Assembly (NCBI GenBank): GCA_045863235.1
Contig: BTUM01000001.1
Location: 224,001-288,000, forward strand
DNA: 64,000 bases
DNA from: Candidatus Xenobia bacterium
Lineage (GTDB): Bacteria; Vulcanimicrobiota; Xenobia; Xenobiales; QWHO01
Reading direction: 5' to 3'
Position numbers and translations under genes: made by a program. Shown one piece after another: positions 48,837-57,984 of this stretch; positions within the stretch are counted from its first letter, which is position 1; each line of letters begins with the position of its first letter. Under the pieces are notes generated by a model. It did not search any database. It was not told the origin of the DNA and saw only the letters and a list, made by a program, of their open reading frames with translations.

Positions 48837-49132
48837 GTCACCCGTCCTCCGTCCCGTCTGACCGGCGTGATTTGAGGCCGCAGGCCCCCTCGCCGAGGTT
48901 CAGGCCTGGGTGTTCCACGGTTCCAGGGGGACTCCTGTCAGGCCGGGACAACCCCTGTTCGTTCGGAACAGGCCGCGAGAGGCCGCTCCTTCGGCGCCGT
49001 GGAGGCGGCCAGTTGTTCGGGGGAAGGAGGTTCTCGCACAAGCGAGAAAACCCTGAACCATTGCTCCCGAGGGCTCATTTTTCGCAATCCAGTGGGCCCT
49101 CGGAGACCTAAAAAGGCGGACGTCCCCAAACG

Positions 49133-50887
49133 ATGCTCAAGATTCTTCAACGCCGACTTCCGGTGCAGCTGCGTCCTGAGGAGGCCTATCAGGTCCAGCA
49201 GAGCCTGCAGGCGCGCTTCAACAGCTTGTTGGCCGGTGTGCGGCTTGAGTACCTGCGTCGCCTGGGTCTTTCGTCCGAGCCGGCGGGGATGTCGGGTCCA
49301 CCTCAGGGGTCGAGCCTGGCTGCCGGTGAGCTGTTCATGCCCGAGCCAGGTACCATCTTCTACATCAAGTATCCGCGCCAGGGTGAAGCTTTCGAGGCCG
49401 GCGCCATCTCCCGGCAGCGCGACGCCGATTTTGGCCATTTTTTCAGCGAGGTCAAGGAGGCCGTGCTGGAAGTGCACGGCTCGGCCGGGGAGTGGCAGGC
49501 TGTTGGCGGAGCTGGCGAGTTGCAGGTCGAGGAGGCCCGCCCGGCCGACATCAATGTTTCCCAGAAAGAAATGGAAGCCTCGCGCGAGATCATGAACGAG
49601 CGCTCGAAAGCGCTTCTCGAGCTGCTGGCCCGAGGGGAATCGATGCTGTTCAAGCAGCTGGAGGAGGGCAACCGCAAAGATGCCGCGGCTCTGCTCAGCA
49701 CCCTGGAAGAGCTCGATCTGGTTCGTAAAGATTACGCCGTCCTCGATCCCGAGAGCGGCCAGCAGATCTTGCGGGTGGCCAGCCGCGAGACCATCGAGGA
49801 ATACTCGCAGAAGGGCTTCAACTGGTTCGTCAGCGGCAAGTCCGTGTCTGACATGGAAGTGGATGAGGTGCTCAGCTGCACACCCTTCTGTCGAGGCTTG
49901 CTGGAGAACGACCAGTGGCTGTTGGTCATCTTGCTCGGCGCCCTGAAGAGCCTGGGATTCAGCAACGAGGACGTGCAGGTCTGCCAACAGCCCAATGCCC
50001 CGATCCAGCTGTTCTTGAGCCTCAATCACCAGAACTTCCTGGTCGTGCTCACCAATAACAAGCTGACTCTGGATGACTCCTATCTGATCAGCGCTCAGGT
50101 AGCCGCCTACGGCCTGTCCCATGTGCTGGTCATCTCCAACCAGAAGATCTCTCGCTTGATGAAGCACCATCTCAGCCAGACGAATGCTGACGTTTCGTTC
50201 AACTTCATCGACTCGCTTAACGAGCTCGAGGAGACCGTCCAGACGGTATTTCTGGAGAAGCAGCGGGCCTATCTCAAGGACGTTCTTGCCCCGATCTCCG
50301 AGATGACTCCGGTCAAGATCGAAGAGCTGGTGATCGAGAAAATGGCCCCTCGCGCCGAAGCGCTGGCTCCGGCTGAGGAAGTCGTTCCTCCGGCCGCCAC
50401 CAGTTTCGGAGCCGACATGTTTGATACCGCCGAGCCCGAGCCGGCGCCTCGCAGCACCCCTGCTGCTCCGGCTGTCCAGCCTGCTCAGGAGTACATGGAG
50501 GATTTCTCGCCCGAAGCCGTCCCTGAGATCCCCGGCTTTTCCGAGGGTCAGGGAGAAGCCGAGCCCGTGGGAGAGGATTTCGAGGTGGCCACCTTCTTCG
50601 AGGACTTGATGCAGCCAGCCGAGGAATCGGGTGGGGAAGAGGCGGGCTACGAGGACGAAGAGCAGGACTCCGCCGGCGAGGGGCCAGCCGAGATGGAGGC
50701 CGTGCCCAGTCGCCTGGCCATGGGCCAGGCGCCCATCCCGCGCAGTCTGCCCCCGAGCGCCAGTCCGATTCGCCCGGCCGGTGCCGCTCCCGCTCCCGCT
50801 CCCGCGATGCGCCCCCCCGGAGCCCCTCCCCCCTCGGGCGGCTTGCCGCCAGGGATGCCCGGGATGCCTCCGCGCCGTCCGTCCTGA
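49133..50887 (+). CDS. hypothetical protein with acidic and Pro-rich disordered tail
   Basis: 584-aa frame with host-like codon usage; low-complexity C-terminus. Confidence 0.75.
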   Translation: MLKILQRRLPVQLRPEEAYQVQQSLQARFNSLLAGVRLEYLRRLGLSSEPAGMSGPPQGSSLAAGELFMPEPGTIFYIKYPRQGEAFEAGAISRQRDADFGHFFSEVKEAVLEVHGSAGEWQAVGGAGELQVEEARPADINVSQKEMEASREIMNERSKALLELLARGESMLFKQLEEGNRKDAAALLSTLEELDLVRKDYAVLDPESGQQILRVASRETIEEYSQKGFNWFVSGKSVSDMEVDEVLSCTPFCRGLLENDQWLLVILLGALKSLGFSNEDVQVCQQPNAPIQLFLSLNHQNFLVVLTNNKLTLDDSYLISAQVAAYGLSHVLVISNQKISRLMKHHLSQTNADVSFNFIDSLNELEETVQTVFLEKQRAYLKDVLAPISEMTPVKIEELVIEKMAPRAEALAPAEEVVPPAATSFGADMFDTAEPEPAPRSTPAAPAVQPAQEYMEDFSPEAVPEIPGFSEGQGEAEPVGEDFEVATFFEDLMQPAEESGGEEAGYEDEEQDSAGEGPAEMEAVPSRLAMGQAPIPRSLPPSASPIRPAGAAPAPAPAMRPPGAPPPSGGLPPGMPGMPPRRPS

Positions 50888-50907
50888 CGCGTGCTATAGT
50901 ATAGTTT

Positions 50908-51480
50908 ATGCTGCGCCTGATCCGGCGGGACCCGCTTGCTCTGCCCAGTCCGGGAGGACGGGTCATCTTGCGCCCGCTCTTGCCTGCCCACATCGCTTTG
51001 ATTCGGCAGTGGCTCAATGACCCCGAGGTGACCCGCCTGGCCTTTGGCACTCAGGCGACCGGCGAGGTGCTCGACAAGCTGGTTCGGGAGTATTGTCGCG
51101 AGATCAAGTTGGGTCGCAAGAACAGTCTGGCTATCGATGTGTCGACCGGGGGAGTGGTCGGTTTCGTGCGCTTCAGCCTGCGCAACGCCGCACGCGGGCG
51201 CACCGCCCGCGTAGGCATCTTGATCGGCAATCGCCGCTACTGGAATCTGGGTCTGGGGACCGAGGCCATGACCGCCCTGCTCCACCACCTGTTTGATTCA
51301 GGGATGGATGTCATCGAGCTGGACACCGCCGATTTCAACGAGCGCGCGCAGCGTTGCTTCGAGAAAAGTGGATTCGTGCGTTGCGGCGAGCAGGGTCAGC
51401 TCGATCCGGAAGGCGGGCCGGGCTGCCGAAAGATCTGGATGGAGATCACTCGCCAGCGTTGGATTCAGCTGCAGCGCTGA
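50908..51480 (+). CDS. GNAT acetyltransferase, RimJ/RimL type
   Basis: ILRPL, WLNDPEV, GILIG..YWNLGLGTEA, NERAQRCFEKSGF. Confidence 0.9.
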   Translation: MLRLIRRDPLALPSPGGRVILRPLLPAHIALIRQWLNDPEVTRLAFGTQATGEVLDKLVREYCREIKLGRKNSLAIDVSTGGVVGFVRFSLRNAARGRTARVGILIGNRRYWNLGLGTEAMTALLHHLFDSGMDVIELDTADFNERAQRCFEKSGFVRCGEQGQLDPEGGPGCRKIWMEITRQRWIQLQR

Positions 51481-52882
51481 AATTCTCGGGCAGCTCCGCA
51501 TCCCACGCGATGCCGTCGTTCTCTGCCTCCGGGTCCAACTCGCCGGCCGTCAGAGTGGGAGGCTCGGGCGAACTGTCAGGCTGGCTCGGACTCAGCTCGG
51601 CCACCACCCAGAGACCTCCCTGGCTCGGGCCCGCCGCCCAGCGCAGGGACTGGAGACGCTGTCCGCGGCGTAGCTTCAGCCAGCCGGCGGCACCGGGTTG
51701 ACCGGGAAGCTGCGCCGGCAAAAGCTCTTCTCCAGCCTGTCGTGAATCGCCCGGCAGCTCAGTGCCCAGGGCCAGGTCCAATCGACCCTCCTGCAGACGA
51801 GCCTGCCCCATTTTCTGCAGGCCTACCCGGCGGTGCAGCACCGGCGAGCCGGCCAGGAACTCGTTCCCGGTTCTCTCGTCGACCAGGATGCTGGCCTGCA
51901 AGGTCGTGCGCCCCGCCTTGAGCAGGTTCCAGGCCGCGGGTCCCTCCAGGAGCCAGTCCGAGCTGACAGCCAGCGCGCCCCGGGTGAGCCGGGCCAGGCT
52001 CTCCGCCAGGTGGCGCTCCTCGGCCTGGCTGAGGCCAGTGAAACGAAGCCCCGCCGGCAGCTCGATCAAGCCCGGTTGCACGGCCAGAGCACAGTTAGCC
52101 TCGCTGCTCAGACGGCCCAGGGCTTCCAGGATGGCTTCTCGTGACGGCTCCGGCAATGGATGAGGTTGCTTCGCTTTCAACTCGAGCTCCAGTCGGTCGG
52201 ACAGGCAGGTCCCTTCCACCGAGGCGTAGGGCCATTGCTCGAGGGCAGGACCTTCGAGGTGAAAACGCAGGGCCTGAGTCTGACAGGTCTCGCGCCAGAC
52301 GGCCGCGAGCAGCTCTTCATGCTGCGAGCGGGTCTTGCGATCCAGGCCTCGCACTTCGGGTGCGGGTCCCGAGCCGATCAGAACGGCGGTACGGCAGGTC
52401 GGGCCCTGCAGCCCTTCCAGGGAGTTGTAACGAAGCCCGCTCGAGCAGGTGAGCTCGAAGTCCTCTCCCTGGCAACGGTAGGTCAGGTTGCAGCACCCCC
52501 CGGGTTGAGCTGGCAGGCTTTCGGGGTAGGCCCCGGTTTCGGCCACCTGTTCCTCGAGGGCATCCACGGCCGCCTCCAGCTGGGCTCGGCAAGAGTCGGC
52601 GCCGTTCCAGGGCGAGCCGGGGAGGAGCACGACGGCGACTCGAGAGCTCGGGGGAACGTCCACCAGGGCTCTGCGGGCCCAGGCGACCAGCTCGGGGTTG
52701 AACGGCTCGAGCACGCCCAGAGCCGGCCATGCGCTGTGCGGGCCGCAGAGAACGATCGGGGCCCCCTGGACGAAGCCTGGTGGGGCTTCAGGCCGTGCTT
52801 CTCCCCCTCGAAATCCAGCTGCGCAAGCCCCCATCAGGGCCAGGAAGACAAGGATACGTCCCGGGCGCAGCCAGCCAGACAT
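51446..52882 (-). CDS. exported hypothetical protein with pseudopilin-like insert
   Basis: Hydrophobic N-terminus; CRAQLEAAVDALE...GAYPESL...YRCQGEDFELTC. Confidence 0.55.
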   Translation of the reverse strand: MSGWLRPGRILVFLALMGACAAGFRGGEARPEAPPGFVQGAPIVLCGPHSAWPALGVLEPFNPELVAWARRALVDVPPSSRVAVVLLPGSPWNGADSCRAQLEAAVDALEEQVAETGAYPESLPAQPGGCCNLTYRCQGEDFELTCSSGLRYNSLEGLQGPTCRTAVLIGSGPAPEVRGLDRKTRSQHEELLAAVWRETCQTQALRFHLEGPALEQWPYASVEGTCLSDRLELELKAKQPHPLPEPSREAILEALGRLSSEANCALAVQPGLIELPAGLRFTGLSQAEERHLAESLARLTRGALAVSSDWLLEGPAAWNLLKAGRTTLQASILVDERTGNEFLAGSPVLHRRVGLQKMGQARLQEGRLDLALGTELPGDSRQAGEELLPAQLPGQPGAAGWLKLRRGQRLQSLRWAAGPSQGGLWVVAELSPSQPDSSPEPPTLTAGELDPEAENDGIAWDAELPENFSAAAESNAGE

Positions 52883-53113
52883 TATGAATTGCGTTCAAGG
52901 TGATCGCCCTGGACTCCTGCTTGGAATGATATGAGACAAAGGTTCTGGAGGCCAACGCCGAGCCGATTGTTTCCCTGTCGAGGGGAGACAACGAAGGTGT
53001 TGTGGAAATTTCAGAACCGCCATTCGGGCCCGCAAACTCAGTCGCACCAGAATCCAGCCACAAGCGGTGGTGGAATCGGAAGAGGTTTTTCAATTCGGAC
53101 TTTTGCAGGGCAA

Positions 53114-54160
53114 TCAGCTGGCGAAGAGCTGGGTGAGGTAGTCGAACATCAGGGGATCCTTGTGGCGCAAGATGTCACGCGCTCCCGCTTCGAAGAAGGC
53201 TTCCACCGACTCGGCGAACCATTCCTGCGGGTTGACCTCGGCATACTGGCTGACCTTCCCGGAACGTTCCCTGGCGAAGCGGTTGTAGAGCTGGACCGAC
53301 AGGGGGTGGGTGCGCGACTCCTTGTCCTGCACGTAGTGGTCGTAGGCGTGGGCGAATTCATGCCGCGCCGCCGAGCGCCCCTGATTACCCAGAAGCTCTT
53401 CTCCCACCACCAGAAGCCTGCGGCTCTGGTCATACAGGCCGCGCACAACGCTCCAGGGGCGTCCGTCGAAGGTGCGCTCGCCCGGAGCCACCACCTTCAT
53501 CCCCTTGATGGTCAGGTCGGTCAGGGCCATCTGTTTTTCCAGGACGATGACGTTCAGACCCCACTGTTTCATCTTCTGCACGATGGTCAGGCCCATGGGC
53601 TCGAGCTCGCGGACGATCTTGTTGCGCGCTTCGCCCGAGGGGGCGTGGCGGATCATCTTCTGCAGCACTTCGGCGGTCGGGCTGGAGCTGGACCCTGATT
53701 CGGAGCCGGCCGTAGTTGGGGCCCCCGGCTGGCGCGGGACGTAGCTCGAGAGCTGGATGATGGAGGGGAAGACCGGCTCGGAGGGCAGCTCTTCCTGCTG
53801 CCCCTCGTACTCCTCGCGCTGAAGGTCCTCGCGGTAGCTCTCCAGACCCGAGAGCAAGGCCTCGAAGTCTTGTTTGCTCGAGTAGGCAAAGCCTTTGCTC
53901 TTGCCCTCGTCGCGCATCCTCTTGCGCAGTTTGTAGAGATACTCGCGGGCATCGGGAGAGAGATCGAGGGTGTCGGTGGTGAGCAGATAGTGCAGCTTCT
54001 GCTCGTCGTCGAGCGTCTCGAGCTGGCGCAGGACGTTGGGCTTGACGCTGCGGGCGAGCTCGCGCTGGACGGCCCCGATGTGGGCAGCATCGTAACCCTG
54101 GAAGTTTGGGCCTCGAATCTCCATGGGATATGGCATGATTAGACGCGGCGAAACAAACAC
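53114..54160 (-). CDS. zinc metallopeptidase, anthrax-LF/Pro-Pro endopeptidase (ATLF) type
   Basis: VRGLY, HEFAHAYD, YAEVNPQEWFAES, LRHKDPLMFDYL. Confidence 0.8.
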   Translation of the reverse strand: MFVSPRLIMPYPMEIRGPNFQGYDAAHIGAVQRELARSVKPNVLRQLETLDDEQKLHYLLTTDTLDLSPDAREYLYKLRKRMRDEGKSKGFAYSSKQDFEALLSGLESYREDLQREEYEGQQEELPSEPVFPSIIQLSSYVPRQPGAPTTAGSESGSSSSPTAEVLQKMIRHAPSGEARNKIVRELEPMGLTIVQKMKQWGLNVIVLEKQMALTDLTIKGMKVVAPGERTFDGRPWSVVRGLYDQSRRLLVVGEELLGNQGRSAARHEFAHAYDHYVQDKESRTHPLSVQLYNRFARERSGKVSQYAEVNPQEWFAESVEAFFEAGARDILRHKDPLMFDYLTQLFAS

Positions 54161-54183
54161 CTTGTCTTGAATGTTATACTGGT

Positions 54184-54678
54184 GTGACAGTGAAACGATT
54201 GTTCCTGGTTCTGGCTGTGGCTGGCTGGCTCTGGCTCCCTGCGCGGGCCGCCGGGGTCGGAGATGCGGCTCCGGCCGTCAACCTGCCGTCACTGGGCGGT
54301 GGGCAGGTTCAACTGCACGCCTTGCTCCCCAATGGACCGGTGTTGCTCTGGTTTACGGCCGTGACCTCCGATGACATGGCCCAGGCGGCAGCTCTGCACC
54401 AGTTGGCCTCGCAGCACGGGGCCCAGCTGGTGATCGTCCCGGTGGTCGGTGCCGACCAGGTTCGCGCACAGCAGATTGCAGGCCAGGTTCCGGGTGCCAT
54501 CGTGCTGCTCGACCTGGATGGGCGGGTAGTCCTGAGCTATGCCGGGGAGTATATCGTGGGCGTCTGCCCCAATCCCAATCTCTTCGTTGTTACCCGCACG
54601 GGAGCCATCGCCGCGGCGCGCCAGTATCCGGGCATTCCCCCCTCAAACTTGAGCGAGGTGCTATCCCGGTCCCGCTAG
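54184..54678 (+). CDS. exported redoxin-fold protein lacking CxxC
   Basis: Signal peptide; VGDAAP.VNLPSL, GPVLLWF, P.LFVV. Confidence 0.7.
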   Translation: MTVKRLFLVLAVAGWLWLPARAAGVGDAAPAVNLPSLGGGQVQLHALLPNGPVLLWFTAVTSDDMAQAAALHQLASQHGAQLVIVPVVGADQVRAQQIAGQVPGAIVLLDLDGRVVLSYAGEYIVGVCPNPNLFVVTRTGAIAAARQYPGIPPSNLSEVLSRSR

Positions 54679-54716
54679 CCTGAAGCCGCTATGGCTGCTC
54701 GGCGTCCGGTTCTTAA

Positions 54717-54745
54717 GCCCCCGTCGTCGACGGAGGGCATTTTTT
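54717..54745 (+). terminator. rho-independent terminator
   Basis: GCCCCCGTCG-T-CGACGGAGGGC followed by ATTTTTT. Confidence 0.7.
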
Positions 54746-55064
54746 GATGGTCCCATTTTGTCGGTCTGGTCTCAATCGACCGTGGCACCCTATCGCCTTC
54801 CGTTTAACCGAGCGCATGCCGAGAGGTCACAAACTTTGTTTGCCGCGGCTGGGGGAGACCGCGCTCTGGGTGAGCGGCGCGCACCTCTGGGGCCGTCCCG
54901 AGCATGGGGGGCGGCTCTCTTACGGATACCTCAGCCGGATGGTGCACCGGTATGCCTTGCGGGCGGGTCTGGAACCCTTCGGGATGCACATGCTGCGCCA
55001 CGCCTGGTATCAGATCGTGAACTCCTCCTTCCAAAAGCAGATTTACAAAAGGTCGCGTCGTCGT

Positions 55065-55150
55065 GCCTGTGGGAAGTGTGGGCAGCTTTGCTGTCCAAGC
55101 CCTGTGGGAAACTCGAAGAGTTTTCCATCGGGGCGTCACTTTCCACAGGC
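55065..55150. repeat. three-way-junction palindrome inside the IS110 non-coding end
   Basis: GCCTGTGGGAAGTG/CACTTTCCACAGGC encloses GGGCAGC/GCTGTCC and TGGGAAACTC/GAGTTTTCCA hairpins. Confidence 0.8.
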
Positions 55151-55339
55151 CTTGTCGGCCAGCGGACGTCGCCAGGTTTCCTGGTGCTGTCCACAAGTCT
55201 TTCAGGTTTTGGCCTCCCGTGGCGGAGTGGACCGCCCCTGGTTTCCGAGTCCTCACTTGGTATCCTGAGTCACCGCGAGAGACTCGCGGGCTCCAACTTC
55301 CTTCATCCTGGGTGCTCGGGAGGCGGAGGTTCACTTCTT

Positions 55340-55502
55340 CGCTTCGGAGTCGCCTTGGAGGGCGCTCGCCTTCGTGTGCCGCCAGAATCCTCTGCCACCA
55401 GAGAACAAAAACCTGACTTGACTCAACTTAGAGGGGTTCTGACCGCGGGCCACGTCTACGCTTCGGAGTCGCCTTCGACGGCGCTCGCCTTCGTGTGCCG
55501 CC
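55340..55502. repeat. 44-bp direct repeat pair
   Basis: 55340-55383 and 55459-55502, 42/44 identical. Confidence 0.92.
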
Positions 55503-55528
55503 GGGCTCCGCAGTCTCAACCCCAAACT

Positions 55529-56354
55529 CTATGCCGCTTTGCTCCTCCTGTCCGTCAGGCGTGCTTTGAGGCTCACGACGTCGTCAGCGGCTCTGTCGCG
55601 GTGGCGGAACTGGCTCCGACTCTTGCAGATCGTCAGGACGATCCGGAGCAACCGGCACATGTTGGCGACCAGCGCCTTCACGGTGGCTTTGCTCTCTAAG
55701 CGCAGCGACAGATATGATGTCATCAGCGTCTCGTTGTGACGCAGAGTGGTTACAGCCATCTGGTAGAGCAGGTGGCGAAGCAACGGCCTGCCCATCCGGG
55801 AGATCCGCTTTACGCTCTCCCGCTTCGCCCCGGGTTTCCCGCCGGATGTCGCTCGACCAGGTTGAGGCCGGCCAGCTTGACGAGCTCTTTGGCGTTTCGA
55901 TACTGCGCCGGATCGCCGATTTCGCCAAGCAGACAGGCCGCGCCCAACTCGCTGACGCCGGGAATGCTGGCGATCAGCTCGGCATAGCCGGTCTGGCACA
56001 CCAGCGCAAGCAGCTGACTCTCGATGCGAGCCAGTTGGTCGTTGAGCATCCGGCACTGCTCGACCGACTCCAGCAGCTCCGCGCGTGCGGACAGGAGGCC
56101 CTCGCGGACTCCGATGGAATCCCGCGCCGCCTCGACCAGCGCTTCGGCCACCTTGCGGCCTCGCCGCCGGCGCTCGCATCAGCCCAGAGCTTGTCGAAGG
56201 AAGCCCGGTCCTGGCCCATTTTGAAGGGCTTGCCGAGCAGCATCCCATCGGGTAGCATAAAGGAAACCAGATGGGTGCTCTTGGCCAGGTCGAGCCCAAT
56301 CGCCAGCTTGTTCTTTACCATCTGCTTCTTCTGGTTCAGTTTTGCAAAGTTCAT
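55529..56354 (-). pseudogene. IS110 DEDD transposase, internally deleted and frameshifted
   Basis: AIGLDLAKSTH; SIPGV..LGAACLLGEIGD..Y.NAKELVKLAGL; RISRMGRPLLRHLLY, spread over three frames. Confidence 0.9.
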
Positions 56355-56616
56355 CCCGGTCGCTCCGTTCTCTTGACTGTAGGAAGCCACGAGATACCAG
56401 GGTGCCCGGGATGATCCTTTTCCCGGCCACCATTTCCTTATAGGAGTTCTGCGCGACCCATCTCCTCGAGCGCGGCGCCGACCTTCGCGCCGTCCAGGAG
56501 TTGCTGGGCCACGACTGTCTCGACTCCACCCAGATCTACACGCAGCTCCGCCCGATCGCTCTCGAGCACGAGCACCGGCGCACCCACCCGCGCGCCCGGC
56601 GCAGCAAGGAGGCCTG

Positions 56617-57404
56617 ATGACCTGGGAAGCGCTCTGGACCGCCTATCTCCAACACCTGGAGGGAACTCGTCTTGGGACTGCCACGCGCATGGCGGTGGCC
56701 ATCTGGGTGCCACGCTTCATCGCGCTGTGCCAGCGGCGCCAGGCCGAGCACGTGCGGGCCTATGAGCTGGAGCTGCCGTGGCAGCCCGGCCCACGCGGCC
56801 GGCTGTATGCGGCCAACACCGTGGACCAGGCGCTCCGGACGGTGCGGACCTTCCTGCGCTGGGCCCACGGCCAGGGAATTCTCCCGCGTGACCCGGCGGG
56901 GCACCTGGTGCTGGGGCGACCGGTGCAGCCCAGCTCGCGTGTGCTGACCCCGGAGGAGGTGGAGCGGGTCCTGGGCCAGCCCGATCTGAGCGGCCCGCTC
57001 GGACTAAGGGACCGCTGCATTCTCGAGCTGGTGTACGTGACGGGAATGAGCAGCCAGGAGCTCTGCGGGCTCGACCTGGCCGACCTGTGCCTGGCCGAGC
57101 GCCTGGTGCTGGCGCGCCAGGGCGGCGGCCTCCCCGCGCGGCCCTACGGCCTGACCGCACGCCTCCAGGAGTTGCTGGGGCTGTACTGCTGGAGGTCTCG
57201 CCCCGACCTGGCGCCTGAACCTCCCAGGCGGCGCTATTCGTGAACAAGCGCGGCGGCCGGCTGTGCCATCACCGGGTGCTGGCCGTGACCCGGCAGTGCG
57301 GCGAGCGGGCCGGGCTTCCCGGAAAGCTCACGGTGCTGTGTTTGCGGCGGGCGCACAAGGTGCACAGGCCTCTCTCCCTTAACCGAGAATCGAAATCGTG
57401 CTAG
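56617..57404 (+). pseudogene. second Xer-like recombinase, frameshifted with degenerate active site
   Basis: LTPEEV..L..PD...LGLRDRCILELVYVTGMS; continues out of frame as ALFVNKRGGRL...TVLCLRRA. Confidence 0.8.
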
Positions 57405-57430
57405 ACTGTGAGCGTATCCGAGGAGGCGAC

Positions 57431-57673
57431 GTGACCGACAAAGCCCGACAGATCGTGGAAATGGTTCTTGAGCTGGACTTCAGGGAGCGCAACGAGGTGA
57501 TCTCCCAGTTGCTGGCCAGCATCGATGAAGCTGTGGACGAGGATGCCGACGCCGCCTGGGACGCCGAGATCGGTCGTCGAGTTGAGGCGTTGGAAGCCGG
57601 GACAGCGCAAACCATGCCGGTTTCCGAGGCTCTGAGCAAGCTCGAAGCAGCCAACAAACAGGCCGCTCGTTGA
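57431..57673 (+). CDS. putative addiction-module antitoxin
   Basis: ERNEVISQLLASI...AWDAEIGRRV..LEAG; RBS AGGAGG; overlaps the toxin start. Confidence 0.85.
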   Translation: MTDKARQIVEMVLELDFRERNEVISQLLASIDEAVDEDADAAWDAEIGRRVEALEAGTAQTMPVSEALSKLEAANKQAAR

Positions 57674-57969
57674 CCTTTGAAGTCTTTCTCGAGGCCTACG
57701 ACGAGGCCGAAGAAGCTCGCCTTCGCTATTTCGAAGAAGACCCCGATCTGGCCGTCGACTTCGTAGCCGAGCTCCGGGCCACGCTCGGACGCATCCAGAG
57801 CACTCCGGACTTCTTCCCGAAGGAACGCCACCGAACCCGAAAGGCGTTCCTACACCGGTTTCCCTTCAAGGTGATTTACAGGGCGGCGCCCGATCAGCTA
57901 ACCATCATAGCTGTGGCCCACATGAGCCGGAAACCCGGTTACTGGCGCGAGCGGCTCGAGCGGATCTAA
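57670..57969 (+). CDS. RelE/ParE family toxin
   Basis: LHRFPFKVIYR...IIAVAHMSRKPGYW. Confidence 0.9.
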   Translation: MTFEVFLEAYDEAEEARLRYFEEDPDLAVDFVAELRATLGRIQSTPDFFPKERHRTRKAFLHRFPFKVIYRAAPDQLTIIAVAHMSRKPGYWRERLERI

Positions 57970-57984
57970 GGTGTAATCGAAGAC

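Larger units (their letters stand above)
55004..56451 (-). mobile_element. degenerate IS110/IS1111-family element
   Basis: CTG at both junctions (55004-06, 56449-51); sub-terminal IR GAACTCCT/AGGAGTTC; transposase remnant plus ~520-nt downstream non-coding region. Confidence 0.85.
54840..56617 (+). pseudogene. XerC/D-like tyrosine recombinase, 5'-truncated and split by IS110
   Basis: ...GMHMLRHA (ends ~55004) resumes as [31 protein letters not shown] at 56450; stop overlaps the next ATG. Confidence 0.88.

Noticed and set aside
48870..48950. 6S or SRP RNA
   Set aside because: Only fragmentary resemblance; no SRP GGAAG/AGCAG loop and no long closing stem
48975..49010. Glycine riboswitch (CGCCGAAGGAGC on the minus strand)
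   Set aside because: The GGAGA and CTCTCAGG elements are absent and the downstream gene does not fit
55340..55502. CRISPR array
   Set aside because: Only two 44-nt copies with a 75-nt gap, no cas genes, and inside an IS110 end
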